DNA from: Bugula neritina
Lineage: Eukaryota > Animalia > Bryozoa
Assembly: GCA_964035545.1 (NCBI GenBank)
Contig: OZ037772.1
Span: 12,770,818-12,834,817, forward strand
Reading direction: 5' to 3'
Length of the DNA: 64,000 nucleotides
The notes beneath the pieces were generated by a model that made no database searches, was not told where the DNA came from, and saw only the letters and a list, made by a program, of their open reading frames with translations. How positions within the stretch are numbered: the first letter of the stretch is position 1; every line of letters starts with the position of its first letter. A program made the position numbers and the translations under genes. Positions 1 to 27,681 of the stretch are shown piece after piece.

Positions 1-1064
1 TATATGACCAATAAGCAGCTGAGTTTATCAGGGCTTAAGTATTTGATTATAGTTATTATTTTCAAAATTTGGAATCGTTTATTTATTATATTTATGAAGT
101 TATTTCACCTCCTGGCTCACTGGTGTATAACTATATTATTATTATAATTACACATGACACAGTATTTGTTACGAGCTGTTTTATACGTATTATATATCTA
201 AATATTTACTTGGTGATAAAATATTGTGAAAATTACATATAGGTGTGATGACACCTGCATGTATATTTTACAAGAACGGTTAATGTATTCATAGTTCATA
301 CTGGATCCCTTGAACCAATTACTTTCAAGCAGCTATATAAGTGTGTCAATTATAAATGATAATTAATAATAGCTCATTGCTTGTGTGACAAAAGTATTTA
401 TGTTATATAATAATAAATTAATCTACATTATTATATATTATAATTTGACAAAACAAGTCAATTATAATTAGAAGAATGTTTTGATTTTTTTGGTTTTTTT
501 TTATGCTGATTACGCAACACAACACTGTGGGTTGTTTGCGTTATATATTTTATATTTTACTAGCAGTTATCCACTTTTAATTCCATTAACTATTTTCAAA
601 TTTATATTTTGTAACTTTTGATCAATAACTTTAGGACATTAAAATGATTTTAGACATAACTTGATAGTGTGCATAACATCAAAAATTTATCCTGAGTGCT
701 TGCTAGAATTGTATTAAATTTGTTTGTTTTGTTGTATCAATATAATATAATATATATTATATTTGTTGTAGGCTATTAACATAATGTTAATATATTTTAT
801 TTTTTTGATAAAACCATTTGACAAACGATTAGCAAATATTGTATTACACCCGGATGCATCACATCACATCACAAGATAATGTGTTAAGAAATTCGTATAA
901 AAACTCTCACTGAACTATTAGCTTATTTCTATTAATGCAAGACTACATCCAGAAATATTCAAAACAAAAACATTTTTTCTAATAGAAATACTTGAAAATA
1001 AAAAAATTTGTAGCTTTAAAAACAGTCATACATTGAAAAAACCGCTAATCCAAATATCTCAGTT

Positions 1065-1471
1065 TTAGGAGAACAGCTTTTTAAAACCTCCAAAAAGTGT
1101 TGTGACTCTGTCATATGCAGTTTGTGCAGTGACTGCAACTGCATTCCCCACACCTCTAGCAGCACCAAATGTAAGCTTTGTGGCTCCTTCACCGATATCT
1201 TCTACCCAAGTTGCCTCACTATCACCAGAGGTTTTAACTAATTCTTGTAACTCTTTCAACTCTAATTGTCTCTTCAATTCCGCAGTTTCTCGATTTTTGG
1301 ATTCTATTTCTTCTTTTTCAAGGGACTCCATTTTTAATCTCATATCTTCAAATTGCTGCTGTGAAATCATTTTCTGATTCAGTTGATCCTGTAGAGATTT
1401 TAGCTGCTCTTCATGTCTTTTTGCTATTTCTTGTACTTCCCTTCTATCCTCTGTGGCCAGCTTTTCTTTTT
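1065..1471 (-). CDS. Terminal exon of a coiled-coil protein with a C-terminal amphipathic, Gly/Ala-rich tail; upstream exons not resolved
   Basis: ORF 1065-1478 is entered through acceptor ttattttgtcag (AG at 1473-1472, phase 1). About 80 aa of E/K/Q-rich heptad-like sequence is followed by WVEDIGEGATKLTFGAARGVGNAVAVTAQTAYDRVTTLFGGFKKLFS*. Confidence 0.6.
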
Positions 1472-1518
1472 CTGACAAAATAATTAACTAAAATATTAAC
1501 ACCTGCAGGGCCTCCCGC

Positions 1519-2023
1519 ATAGAGCAAGTGTGGGGTGCCGAAGGGAGGTATACTGCACTCAATAGGGAAAGCTTTTCTGTTTTAATCAAACTGAAATCCA
1601 ATGTTTATTCTGTCAATTCATATGTAATATTTTCTAAAATCTTGAAAAAACAAACTGAAACAGAGATTAAAAGCCACATAATTAATACAGTGATCTGCTA
1701 TTGGTGGTAACAATACAACATTGAATTTATAATAGCAAAGACCATGAATATAATATCTAGAAAAGTCACCTTCCATGTTGCCAATTGGTTGTCATAGCAC
1801 TCACAGAGAAAACACAAGTATAGCCAGTAGCTGCTTCTGAAGTATTCATATCCTCAATCGCAAGCTAATTCTATAGAGCAGGTGTGAGCTGAAAGGTTTA
1901 CTGTACTGCACCTAACAGTAAAAGCTCTCCTGCGTAGATCAAAATAAAAGTTAATGTTTGTTTTATTTCTGTCAACTCAAATTTAATCTTTTTTAACATC
2001 TTGAAAAAGCAAACTGAAACAGA
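1519..2023. repeat. Diverged direct duplication of ~145 bp (about 1519-1665 and 1872-2023)
   Basis: Shared blocks atagagca.gtgtg, tactgcac, aaagct, tttattt?ctgtcaa.tca, tcttgaaaaa.caaactgaaacaga. Confidence 0.6.
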
Positions 2024-2699
2024 ATTCTTTGGATTAGGTGAATGTCGCATGTTATAGATAATAATCAATAATACATTCAATTAGATTAACATTGAGATAT
2101 AATATAAATCATAAAACACATCTATTCACATAACAAAGCAGTCAAGTAGAATGGTATTTTACAGAGGAGAGTGAAACCACTGGGGCATATTAATTAAAGG
2201 CTGTTATTCTTAAGAAATCAATTCTATGTTCAGAGTTCATATAAACCCTTTATTGCATCCTGCAGAGTTAGGTTCAACTCAAAGCAATGCCAAACAGCTC
2301 AATGTTAAGGCTTCCAGTTGTACTGTAGCTGACTGTTTTGTTTCTTCTCATATTTACAAAGGAAATACGTTGAACATTGAGTGTGCATTGAGCAACACTA
2401 TATAACTGTTAGGAAAAGCAAACAGTTAGCAATTTAGACTGCAGTGTTTACAGGTTTACCTGTTTGAAAGGTTATCAATGTCATCCTAAACAACTAATAC
2501 CAACAGCATATAATTCCAGTATCAGATGCTTAAATAGAATAAAATATTTTGCTTCATAATGATGCCCAATTAAATCATTGTTATGATCTTATAAAAATCT
2601 GGTTAGCCAGCTTTCTGTTATATATTAAGGTATGCCATGTAGTTACATCATAGCCATTTGGAAATAACATCTACTAGCTGCCTATCGCAAGCTTATATA

Positions 2700-3007
2700 C
2701 CCCCTATTCACACATTGCAGTAACAGCAAACATTCACCATTATTTTAACAACATATTATATTTAAAAGAGAGACTTCTTCTTTTAATTGCTTTTATCTAG
2801 TCAATAACATTTCTATCATATATTTTAAGAAGAATGTTGCGACAAATAACTGAAAAATATCCTAAGATATAGCCTTATTATGATTGGCCGCAGCTCAACA
2901 TTTTACTTTTGTCAATGTGTGAACGCCTGTTGATGAAACATAACAGCAGCGCCATTTTGTTTTGTTGTTACAGTCTACAATACGGCTGCAGTGTGTGAAT
3001 AGGGGGG
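2700..3007. mobile_element. MITE, PIF/Harbinger-like termini
   Basis: Terminal inverted repeats ccccctattcacacattgcag / ctgcagtgtgtgaataggggg. A related copy lies in the opposite orientation at ~17377-17670. The superfamily call is inference from the TIR pattern. Confidence 0.6.
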
Positions 3008-3652
3008 TAGTCTTACATATGAAGTATATTTATTTGAACTCATTATTTTGCTTTCACATCTACTTGAGAGACATGCATGATGACAGTTACTAAAGTTACT
3101 TCATGTTTCTGTAACATACAATTGTTTATTGAATGTGTATAAATAATACTATTAAATAAAATATATTTAATTGAATACATTATTTTGCTTTGACCACCTG
3201 ATTTCATGATTCCATCTAAGTTTGGAAAAGTTAAATAATAGAAGGAGGTCTGATTTGCTTGTTGTTGGGATGATTGTCTCGTAGAGGAATGGCTGAAAAG
3301 AGCAAACTAAAAATTAGGGCTCAAATCTCTTGGTACATAGCAACTACATTTTATAAATAATTGCATTAAAATAATGTAAACAAAGCAAAGTAGTTTGGTT
3401 TTTTATTTATATAAGATAGAAAAGCAAGTTAAGCATCTAAAATAAGGCTGGCTCACCGCATTCAAGTAACTTGGTAATAAATTGTAAAACGGTGTCTAAC
3501 TTTAATCATAATTTTATTTTGTACTATAGTTGTTTTTCTTTGTGCAATTTGTTTTAGAAAATAGTATCATGTATTTTACTAATAATGTTATATAAAACAT
3601 TTAAAGTTTATTATAATGTTTTATTTGCAGATTTATTTCAAACATAAAAAGC

Positions 3653-4400
3653 TAACTCTACTATGATGAAGGTGCACGGAAAGATAACTCTACTATGATA
3701 AAGGTGCATGAAAAGATAACTCTACTATGATGAAGGTACATGAAAAGATAACTCTACTATGATAAAGGTGCATGAAAAGATAACTCTACTATGATAAAGG
3801 TGCATGAAAAGATAACTCTACTATGATAAAGGTACATGAAAAGATAACTCTACTATGATAAAGGTGCATGAAAAGATAACTCTACTATGATGAAGGTGCA
3901 TGAAAAGATAACTCTACTATGATGAAGGTGCATGAAAAGATAACTCTACTATGATAAGGGTGCATGAAAAGATAACTCTACTATGATGAAGGTGCATGAA
4001 AAGATAACTCTACTATGATAAGGGTGCATGAAAAGATAACTCTACTATGATAAAGGTGCATGAAAAGATAACTCTACTATGATGAAGGTGCACGAAAAGA
4101 TAACTCTACTATGATAAAGGTGCATGAAAAGATAACTCTACTATGATAAGGGTGCATGAAAAGATAACTCTACTATGATGAAGGTGCATGAAAAGATAAC
4201 TCTACTATGATAAGGGTGCATGAAAAGATAACTCTACTATGATAAGGGTGCATGAAAAGATAACTCTACTATGATGAAGGTGCATGAAAAGATAACTCTA
4301 CTATGATAAGGGTGCATGAAAAGATAACTCTACTATGATGAAGGTGCATGAAAAGATAACTCTACTATGATAAGGGTGCATGAAAAGATAACTCTACTAT
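3653..4400. repeat. 32-bp minisatellite, ~23 copies
   Basis: Unit aaaagataactctactatgataaaggtgcatg repeated head-to-tail with 1-2 variable positions and no unique spacers. Confidence 0.95.
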
Positions 4401-5690
4401 AACATTCGCATTTCCACCACAAAAGTAACTACTATAAATTACAGTATTTGTAACGCTTGAGTATTTTCAGTACCTGACTTTTAGTTCAATTAATGAGTTG
4501 GGTCTTACAACTCACAATATATTTCTTCAAGTACTAAAATGTTGTAGTCACGAGAATTATGTGAGTCAGTAGAATTATCTGAGTCAGTAGAAGGACTGTA
4601 GTCAAAATTACTGTAATCATAGACAACAAGGGAGACAAACCCCTATTACCATAAGCTGCCATACTATACCACATGTGCGCAACACTTATATAAAGCAAGT
4701 TTGATAGATTTTGGTTATAAATATAATATATTGTGCATAATATAGGAGAAAAAACTTACAGGTTTCTTGCGCTACTATAATATATTTTATAGATATATAT
4801 TTAAAGTTACGAGTAAGTGACACGTTGATCATCATGTAATAAGAATGAACAGTAAAAATCGAATACCACCAAAATCTTGCATAAATAATACATATTAAAA
4901 TGCCAAGATAAATGTTAAAAATAACTTTGTATAGAAGTAAAAATATAAAGCTAAGTAGTTAATTATAACAAAAAATTGAAATTCTACCATATAACAGCAT
5001 TTTAAAAAGTTGCCACGTTAGATTAGATTTATTCAAATTTTTGAATTGGCACCAAGACTATTTTCTACATTTTTTGGTAATTAAAATTTGCATTTATTTG
5101 CTTTGGTTGAGCAGGATTAAAATCTATTTGTACTACACCAATTAGCCAGTTTTGGGCAACTAAATTTTAAGGGCTATATAATTGACCTACGGTATTCAAA
5201 TCTTGCTATAACCAAGCACTTTAAATTTGAATTTTTGAATTTTTGTCAAATATGCTAAAGATATTTTACTTACAAAATGCCCCTGCATAAACTTAGTTTT
5301 GCATTTCTCTTCATAGACACAAAAAAGTCATTAATAATATATTTTAGTTTTTAGGAAGAAAAAGGATAGAAATCTTCAAAAGTAATTCATATGGTTCTAA
5401 ACTAGTAAATGGTTATTAAAAACAAAATAATTATTTATAGCAATACATCAATATTCTAAATAGTAAAGAGATGAAAGCATAACATTTTCTATTTTATCTT
5501 TAACAAATAAGCAGCTAAATAAATTTTGTGTAATATGTTAAGAGTTAAAATCAGTCTTTGATATACACTATTTGGAAGGGTAAGCAATAATAAGAAAATT
5601 GGTAAATAATGAAATAAACTATAATGTTCAGTATGATTAGCTTCAGTAAGAATTTTTGCAATTTTTAAAATACATTTAAAAACTATCGAG

Positions 5691-5987
5691 TGTTGAGCTT
5701 GAGGCTGATGCCATCTTTGTAATGTTAATTATTGTGATTAAATAAGTAGAGTTGTAATTCACAGAACCATTATATTTTATGTATATTGAGGAAGAGGAAG
5801 AAGAAAAGAATTGTGGGTAATATAATAATATAAAAGACTAATTACAATATATTGTGAGTTATCCACACTTGCTATTTAGACATAAGAGAAAAGATAATTA
5901 CTAACATGAGTGTTTTAATAGCATTGGTAATATTATGTGAATATTATATGCATTGTCATTAGAGCGGAAGATTGCACTCTATCAACA
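5691..5987 (-). repeat. Copia 3' LTR
   Basis: Direct repeat of 10032-10328, preceded on the minus strand by the polypurine tract GAGGGGGCG (5996-5988). Confidence 0.95.
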
Positions 5988-8900
5988 CGCCCCCTCAATC
6001 TGTAGCTGGGTAACGGCGTTTCGATGTAAGATTGCTCCTAATGGTTTGGTTAGGATGTCAGCTTTATTTTCATCAGTGCGGATGTAGTCATACACAATAG
6101 CTGATTGCTGTCTAATGAAGTGGTAGCGAATGTCAATGTGTTTAGTGCGACTATGTTGTCCTGGTCTGTCATCAGTAAGTGAAATGGCTCCTTGGTTATC
6201 GCAGAGCAGTGTGGTGACATCTGGTTGAAACATATTTATAGAGTTGCAGAATGTGCGAAGGTATAGCAACTCCTTGGTAGCATCTGCTAAAGCCATGTAC
6301 TCTGCCTCACAAGATGACAGAGCAACTGTCGGTTGCTTCTTGGTTTTCCAGCAAATTGGTGCTCCTCCTAGAGTGACTACGTAGCCAGTTGTAGAGCGTC
6401 GGTCTTCCACGTCACCTGCCCAGTCAGAGTCTGCATATCCTACTAGTTTCCCATCTGTTGGGGTGTAGGTAATCGTGTATTGCTTTGTCCCTTGAATGTA
6501 GCGTAGCAGCCTTTTCACAGCAGCTACATGTGTTGGGCTTGGTCTATCAAGGTATTGTGATAGCTTGGAAACTATCCAGCTAATGTCGGGTCGTGTTCCG
6601 GTCATCAAGTATATCAGGCTTCCAATAGCTTGGCGATATGGGAACTGCTGTTTGATAAATTCGTTGTGTTCTTCATCTGTTGCTTTTTTCAATACAAGTC
6701 CTTTTTCTGCGGGAGTAGCAGCTGGCTTGCATTTGTTCATTTTAAATCTGTTGAGGATTGACTCAGCGTAGCGTTCTTGGCTGATCTGGAGATTTCCATT
6801 TTTAAGTCTTTTGAAGTCAATTCCTAGAAACCAGTTGATTTCCCCACGATCATCCATTTTGAATTTGTTGTTCAGCATTTCCTTTGTGGTGCCAATCAGT
6901 TCTAGGTTGTTGCAGGCTATTATAATGTCGTCTACCCAGAATAAGATGATTATCTGGTCACCGTTTTCTGCATGGTAAGTGTAGACGCATTGATCACTTT
7001 GGTTTGGTGTGAATCCCTGTTCTTTGAGGAAGTCGGTCAGTGTGCTGTGCCAATTCCTGCCACTTTGCTTTAGTCCATAGAGAGACTTTTTGAGATGACA
7101 AGTGAGAGGAGTTCCATTGGAGTCTGTCTGTTCGTATCCTGGAGGTTGTTGAACATAGATGTCCTTGTCAATTGGTGCGTTTAGATAGGCGCCCTTGACA
7201 TCCATTTGATGTAGGTGTAATCCCTCGTTGGTAGCTTGTTGTAACAGTGTACGGATACTGACAAATCGTGTAGTCGGTGAGAAGGTCTGCTCGTAATCAA
7301 TACCGTGTACCTGTGTAAAACCCTTGGCAACATAGCGTGCTTTGTATTGTAGTTCACCGGCAGTTTTTCCTTGCTTTAGGGTGTAAACCCAACGTCCTTG
7401 TGTTTCAGTGCGGTTGTCAGGTAGATGTGTAAGTTCCCAGGTCTCGTTGTTGTTGAGTGTTGTGACTTCGTTGTCCATAGCTGCTTTCCACTTGTCAGAA
7501 TTTTCAGAGTTGATGGCTTCATCATATGAGGATGGGATGAATTGTGTAGCAGCATAGGCGTAGTCAACTGTAGCCATGGTGTAGTAATCAGCAAGGTGTT
7601 TGGGTGGTCCAGCGTTGCGTTTTGGTCTGTCAGCTGGAATTGTTGGAGTTGTCTGCTCGCCGTCAGTAGCTTGCTCTGTTTGGATTGGTGTAGTGTGTTC
7701 TTCGTCAGTATGTTCAAAGTCAGTAGGTGTGATGTCAGTAATGTCAGTGTCTTGATGTATGCGTATGTTGCGTGTAGTCAGTATGTTATTGTTTCTGCTA
7801 TTCAATACATAGTATGCTTGGTTTAATGGGTTGATGCCCAAGAAGGTGCCGTGCTGACCACGTGCATCGAACTTCTGTTTTTGGCCCTCGATGTAGAATG
7901 TACACTTCAAGCCAAATCTGTGTATGTGCTTCATGTCTGGTTTTCTCCCAGTGAACATCTCGTAAGCAGTGGCTCCAGTGCGTCTTTGATAGGCACGATT
8001 CCTCAAGTATTGGGCATAGCGAACAGCGTAAGGCCAGTAGGGTTTGTGTAAAGAAGAGTCAGATATCAGGCATCGGGCCATCTCTAGCAAGCTTCGCCAT
8101 GTCCGTTCAGCTTTTCCGTTCTGATAGGGAGTGTAGGGAGCAGTAGTGGAGTGTTTTATGCCATTGTCCTGTAGAACAGTTTGAAATGTAGCGCTGATAT
8201 ATTCTCCACCATTATCACTGTGTATTTCTCTTATTTTTCCAATAGGGGCTACATCAGCAATGAGCCTTTTTAGGGCAGTCGTCGCTTCGTCTTTTGTGCG
8301 TAGGGTGTAAACAAATAGCATGCTAGTGTATTCATCTACAAAGTTTATCACATATCTGTGTCCTTCACGTGATGTAGGTTCTATCGGTCCGCATATATCT
8401 GTATGCACACGTTCCAGAGGTTTTGTAGCATGTTTTGGAGTAATGTCCTCTGACTTTGGTTGTCGCGTAATTTTGTTTTCTGTACAAACTTGGCAATTTA
8501 TGGTTTGTTTGGTGTTTGTAACTTTCATTCCTTGTGTCACTTTCTCCAAGGAAAGAATGTCGTCATAGTTCATGTGTCCTAAGGTTAAGTGCCATTCATG
8601 AAGGGTTTTGACTGTGAAAGTTGAGTTAGTTGAGTATGTATTCTCAGTTTTTGTAGTTTTTGTCAAGTTAGCTGTCTGGGGTTCAGTAGTAATTGGGTGG
8701 TCAAGTGTGAGGTCAGTCATAGTTGTTGCACTCTGCTGTATAGCATCTGTAGGCAAAAAGAACAAATTTCCTTCTCTGATGAAATTGAAAGTTGTGTTGT
8801 GTGAGGTCAGGTTAGCAGTATTTTTAGTGAATGTTACTGTACCTCCTGCGTCTGTTGCAGCTCTTACTGAGAATAAGCTTGCTGGGAATTCTGGTGCTAG

Positions 8901-10055
8901 CAGAGCATTCGTGAGTTTGACTGTATGGGGCGTGCTGTTGTTATCCAGTATGGTGTATTCAGCTACTCCTCTTGCTATAGCCAGTGTGTTGCTGCTGTGA
9001 CCATCAGCGAGCTGTATATAATGTTTGTTTGGGTCGAAGTCTGGGTCGTAGCTTGTAAAATGTCTTTTGTCATTGACAATGTGGCAAGTGGCTCCACAGT
9101 CAACTAGTAGTTTGTCTTTTGTCAAGTTTTGTCTGGGTGATTTGCGTGTAGTTGTGTCAGCGTGTGTTAGAGTAGCAGTAAATGAAAAGTTTGTCATTTG
9201 GTGTTGGTGTGTTGATGTTTGCAGTGCACTCTGTGTTTTCTTCTTCTGAAAACATACGCTTTCAACATGTCCATTTTTGTGACAGAAGTTGCAGGTGAGT
9301 TTAGACTTCGATCTGCATTCTTTGGTGCTGTGGTTGGTGCGTCCACATGAGAGGCATTGTTTGTTGGCTGGCTGAGAGTTACGTCGTGTCTGTGAGTGTA
9401 TTTGTGGCTTGTATTTATAGTCTTCTTTAGCTGCTAGTGCTGTAGAATGTGCGGTAGCTCTGATAGATTCAGTGTTAGCATGGTTGTGTAGAGCGGCTTT
9501 AAATTCTTTTAATGTCTTTTTTGATTCACTTTGTGTGTGAACTACCACAAATGAATTATAAGACGCAGGCAGTCCTTTTAATAGCATAGCGATTACTAAA
9601 TTATCAGATATGGTCTCACCTGCTAGCCTGAGTCCTGTAGCAGCACTTTCAGCGCGTATTAGGTAGTCAGTCACGTCTTCAGTGTCAGTCATAGTAATGG
9701 TAGTTAGAATTTCATAGAGTGTCATGATGCGAGGTTTTTCTGTGCTGGCATAATGGTCTCTCAGAATTTTCAGAGCATCACGTCCATTGTTCTCGGCATC
9801 ATTCATGATGAGTTGAAGTGATTTTTCATCCAATACTTGTACTAACTCAGCATATGCTCTTCTGTTTTTCTTATTGAAATCTGTGTCCTCAGTTTCATCA
9901 CTTGATAGGGGAAGAATGGCCTTGTGTACTCCACTGTCCAGTGTGTATAAGTAATTTATAAATCTTGTTTCCCAGATTTTATAAGCTGTAGAGTCTCCAT
10001 TAAATTGTAGTTTGCTCCTGGGCCCATAACCTGTTGAGCTTGAGGCTGATGCCAT
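5982..10055 (-). CDS. Copia Gag-Pol polyprotein (probable start MASASSTGYGP at 10055)
   Basis: Two CCHC knuckles (CLSCGRTNHSTKEC, CNFCHKNGHVESVC), protease LVDCGAT, integrase WHLTLGH..CQVC plus the VHTD / SDNGGEY / AER core, RT HQMDV..LYGLKQSGR..WVDD, RNase H GYADSDW..CDNQG..ADILTK. Confidence 0.95.
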   Translation of the reverse strand: MASASSSTGYGPRSKLQFNGDSTAYKIWETRFINYLYTLDSGVHKAILPLSSDETEDTDFNKKNRRAYAELVQVLDEKSLQLIMNDAENNGRDALKILRDHYASTEKPRIMTLYEILTTITMTDTEDVTDYLIRAESAATGLRLAGETISDNLVIAMLLKGLPASYNSFVVVHTQSESKKTLKEFKAALHNHANTESIRATAHSTALAAKEDYKYKPQIHSQTRRNSQPANKQCLSCGRTNHSTKECRSKSKLTCNFCHKNGHVESVCFQKKKTQSALQTSTHQHQMTNFSFTATLTHADTTTRKSPRQNLTKDKLLVDCGATCHIVNDKRHFTSYDPDFDPNKHYIQLADGHSSNTLAIARGVAEYTILDNNSTPHTVKLTNALLAPEFPASLFSVRAATDAGGTVTFTKNTANLTSHNTTFNFIREGNLFFLPTDAIQQSATTMTDLTLDHPITTEPQTANLTKTTKTENTYSTNSTFTVKTLHEWHLTLGHMNYDDILSLEKVTQGMKVTNTKQTINCQVCTENKITRQPKSEDITPKHATKPLERVHTDICGPIEPTSREGHRYVINFVDEYTSMLFVYTLRTKDEATTALKRLIADVAPIGKIREIHSDNGGEYISATFQTVLQDNGIKHSTTAPYTPYQNGKAERTWRSLLEMARCLISDSSLHKPYWPYAVRYAQYLRNRAYQRRTGATAYEMFTGRKPDMKHIHRFGLKCTFYIEGQKQKFDARGQHGTFLGINPLNQAYYVLNSRNNNILTTRNIRIHQDTDITDITPTDFEHTDEEHTTPIQTEQATDGEQTTPTIPADRPKRNAGPPKHLADYYTMATVDYAYAATQFIPSSYDEAINSENSDKWKAAMDNEVTTLNNNETWELTHLPDNRTETQGRWVYTLKQGKTAGELQYKARYVAKGFTQVHGIDYEQTFSPTTRFVSIRTLLQQATNEGLHLHQMDVKGAYLNAPIDKDIYVQQPPGYEQTDSNGTPLTCHLKKSLYGLKQSGRNWHSTLTDFLKEQGFTPNQSDQCVYTYHAENGDQIIILFWVDDIIIACNNLELIGTTKEMLNNKFKMDDRGEINWFLGIDFKRLKNGNLQISQERYAESILNRFKMNKCKPAATPAEKGLVLKKATDEEHNEFIKQQFPYRQAIGSLIYLMTGTRPDISWIVSKLSQYLDRPSPTHVAAVKRLLRYIQGTKQYTITYTPTDGKLVGYADSDWAGDVEDRRSTTGYVVTLGGAPICWKTKKQPTVALSSCEAEYMALADATKELLYLRTFCNSINMFQPDVTTLLCDNQGAISLTDDRPGQHSRTKHIDIRYHFIRQQSAIVYDYIRTDENKADILTKPLGAILHRNAVTQLQIEGAC
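10018..10031 (-). promoter_or_regulatory. Primer-binding site complementary to the tRNAiMet half-molecule (anticodon-region priming)
   Basis: GGTTATGGGCCCAG abuts the 5' LTR end. This is the hemivirus-type PBS known from Drosophila copia and yeast Ty5. Confidence 0.8.
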
Positions 10056-10328
10056 CTTTGTAATGTTAATTATTGTGATTAAATAAGTAGAGTTGTAATT
10101 CACAGAACCATTATATTTTATGTATATTGAGGAAGAGGAAGAAGAAAAGAATTGTGGGTAATATAATAATATAAAAGACTAATTACAATATATTGTGAGT
10201 TATCCACACTTGCTATTTAGACATAAGAGAAAAGATAATTACTAACATGAGTGTTTTAATAGCATTGGTAATATTATGTGAATATTATATGCATTGTCAT
10301 TAGAGCGGAAGATTGCACTCTATCAACA
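10032..10328 (-). repeat. Copia 5' LTR
   Basis: Direct repeat of 5691-5987, immediately followed on the minus strand by the PBS. Confidence 0.95.
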
Positions 10329-10494
10329 TCGAGTAGCAAAATGAATTTAAGGCTAGCTACAAATATGGCATTTTCATTTATCCAATTTTACATTTGCAAG
10401 AATGTAGCGGTAACTAATTCTTTGATAAAAATTAGATAGAAATTAGAAAAGCAAAATTAGTAAAACAAACCGAGCCAAGAACTTTGCACTGCAG

Positions 10495-24940
<14,446 letters not shown>

Positions 24941-24993
24941 TCTTACAATTTTTCAAAGTAGTATTTCAGATGGCGACTGGTTTTCTTTGTTTC

Positions 24994-25935
<942 letters not shown>

Positions 25936-27681
25936 TCATTACACTCTTTACTTAGTCAGTACATAATCTAAAATTTAGAGCTGGTTGTGGTAAAAGTATC
26001 TATTGTCAAATTTTCTATTAGACACCAGTTTCAATCAAATACCTGTATAGTTCTTTAACTTCTTTCCAGCCTGCAATACCCGAACAAGATCAACTGCTGT
26101 TTTTCAAGCTAAAATATTAACACTGCTGGAGGCTTTTCATAGAACAGGTGCAGCCAAGGCATTTTACACCTAAATACATAAATTAAGCTTTCTTTGTTGA
26201 AACAAAAATTGAAATCAACGTACATATTTTTCTGTCTATTCATGTTGAGTCCTTTGTGCATTTTGGAAGAACAGACTATAGTGAAAAACCATTGTTTTTG
26301 GTAAATTTTGGAGATACTCAATAATATAGAATGTATACAATTAGAATAATATGGATATATGATATAAACCATACAACAACACTGTTTACATTATTTTATT
26401 GAGCAAAGTATACAATGAGTTATGTTATAATAATCTTATATACATGCTGAAGTAAACATGGGAGACAATTGACCTTCATTGAATATTGTAATTGGATTAT
26501 AATATGGTCACAGTTCAGCAGACCTTTTATTATAGCCAAAGCTAAATTCAACTTTTAGCAATTGTTTTGTTTCTATTCAGCTTCTAAAAAGCTTTGTAAG
26601 TTACAGTATTTGCCCAGCAATGTACAGTTACCACTAGCAAGCTAATAAGCAGCCTGCATAATATGATTTAGATATTCTATAGCCCGTATCTGTGGCAGCC
26701 TTAAAATATAAGAAAAAGTTCGCTTACTGGCCACATTAAACAGCATACAAATTGACTACTTTTTAATAATTACAATGATAATTGGTTTATTAATATGTTA
26801 TGTATAATGCTATTAATAGTATTGTACTGCACTATAAGCATCAAGTGTACTAGTTATGTAAAGTTAAATTTACTCAAGTGTGTGTTTTTTACTTTGATAA
26901 TATATTATCATTATCGGTAAGATGTACCAAGACAGTACCAGCAGTGATATACACTGTCTAGACTGTAGGCCAAGAGTCTGTCTTGCTAGTCGTAACTGCG
27001 AACTGTGAACATTGATTGTTAGAGCTGCCTAAAAGACTGAAAATAAAGTAACAAATTATTAAAATAAATATTTTAATGACACCCATGAGTTTACAAGTTA
27101 TTTCTCTGTAGAAGAGAATAAAATGTACTAAATTGAATTTAAGATTCTTGGTTAGGAGCAGGAATGAAGAATTTGTTGTATTATTCTGTTGAATTGGCTA
27201 ATAAATGGCTTCTGTTTTGCAGAAAATTCATGGTGAATAAAAATTCAAGATTGCTGTATGCTGATGATTAAAATTTAAGAAGATTTGTTAGAAGTAATAT
27301 AAGTGGCAGTGGCTTTAAACCTTTTAAATGCTATGTAAAAGTGCTGCAGCTAGTGTAATATAATATTTATTGCTGTATAAATGGATCACAAAGGAATCTG
27401 TAATACCTCAAACTGAACTGAAAAGTTATAGATATAAAAAAATCTGCAATTGTATCAATAAATAAAATATGTAAACAAAAAGTAAGTGTAAGAGCTTCAC
27501 TTATATATATTTATAAGGTCAAGGCTAACAGAAAGGAGTGGGCTAGCTAATGGTGCACACAAATACTTAATTTGTAGAATAAGAGCAGCATGACATGGTG
27601 TGATGGTGTGGTATTGTATGCATGTTAACACAATGTCAAGTAGTAAGTTGCTACAACAGCGTGATAAGTTCCTTGAGGCAA

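Larger units (their letters stand above)
5691..10328 (-). mobile_element. Full-length Ty1/copia LTR retrotransposon (4638 bp), recent insertion
   Basis: 297-bp LTRs at 5691-5987 and 10032-10328 with TG...CA ends, identical by eye. 5-bp TSD TCGAG at 5686-5690 and 10329-10333. One uninterrupted gag-pol ORF in copia order PR-INT-RT-RH. Confidence 0.97.

Noticed and set aside
3653-4400. CRISPR-like array of 32-bp repeats
   Set aside because: Units are head-to-tail with no unique spacers, there are no cas genes, and the context is eukaryotic. It is a minisatellite.
6565-9249. Short ORFs overlapping copia pol (and likewise 39321-45837 overlapping the gypsy genes)
   Set aside because: Antisense or off-frame shadows with no recognisable motifs.
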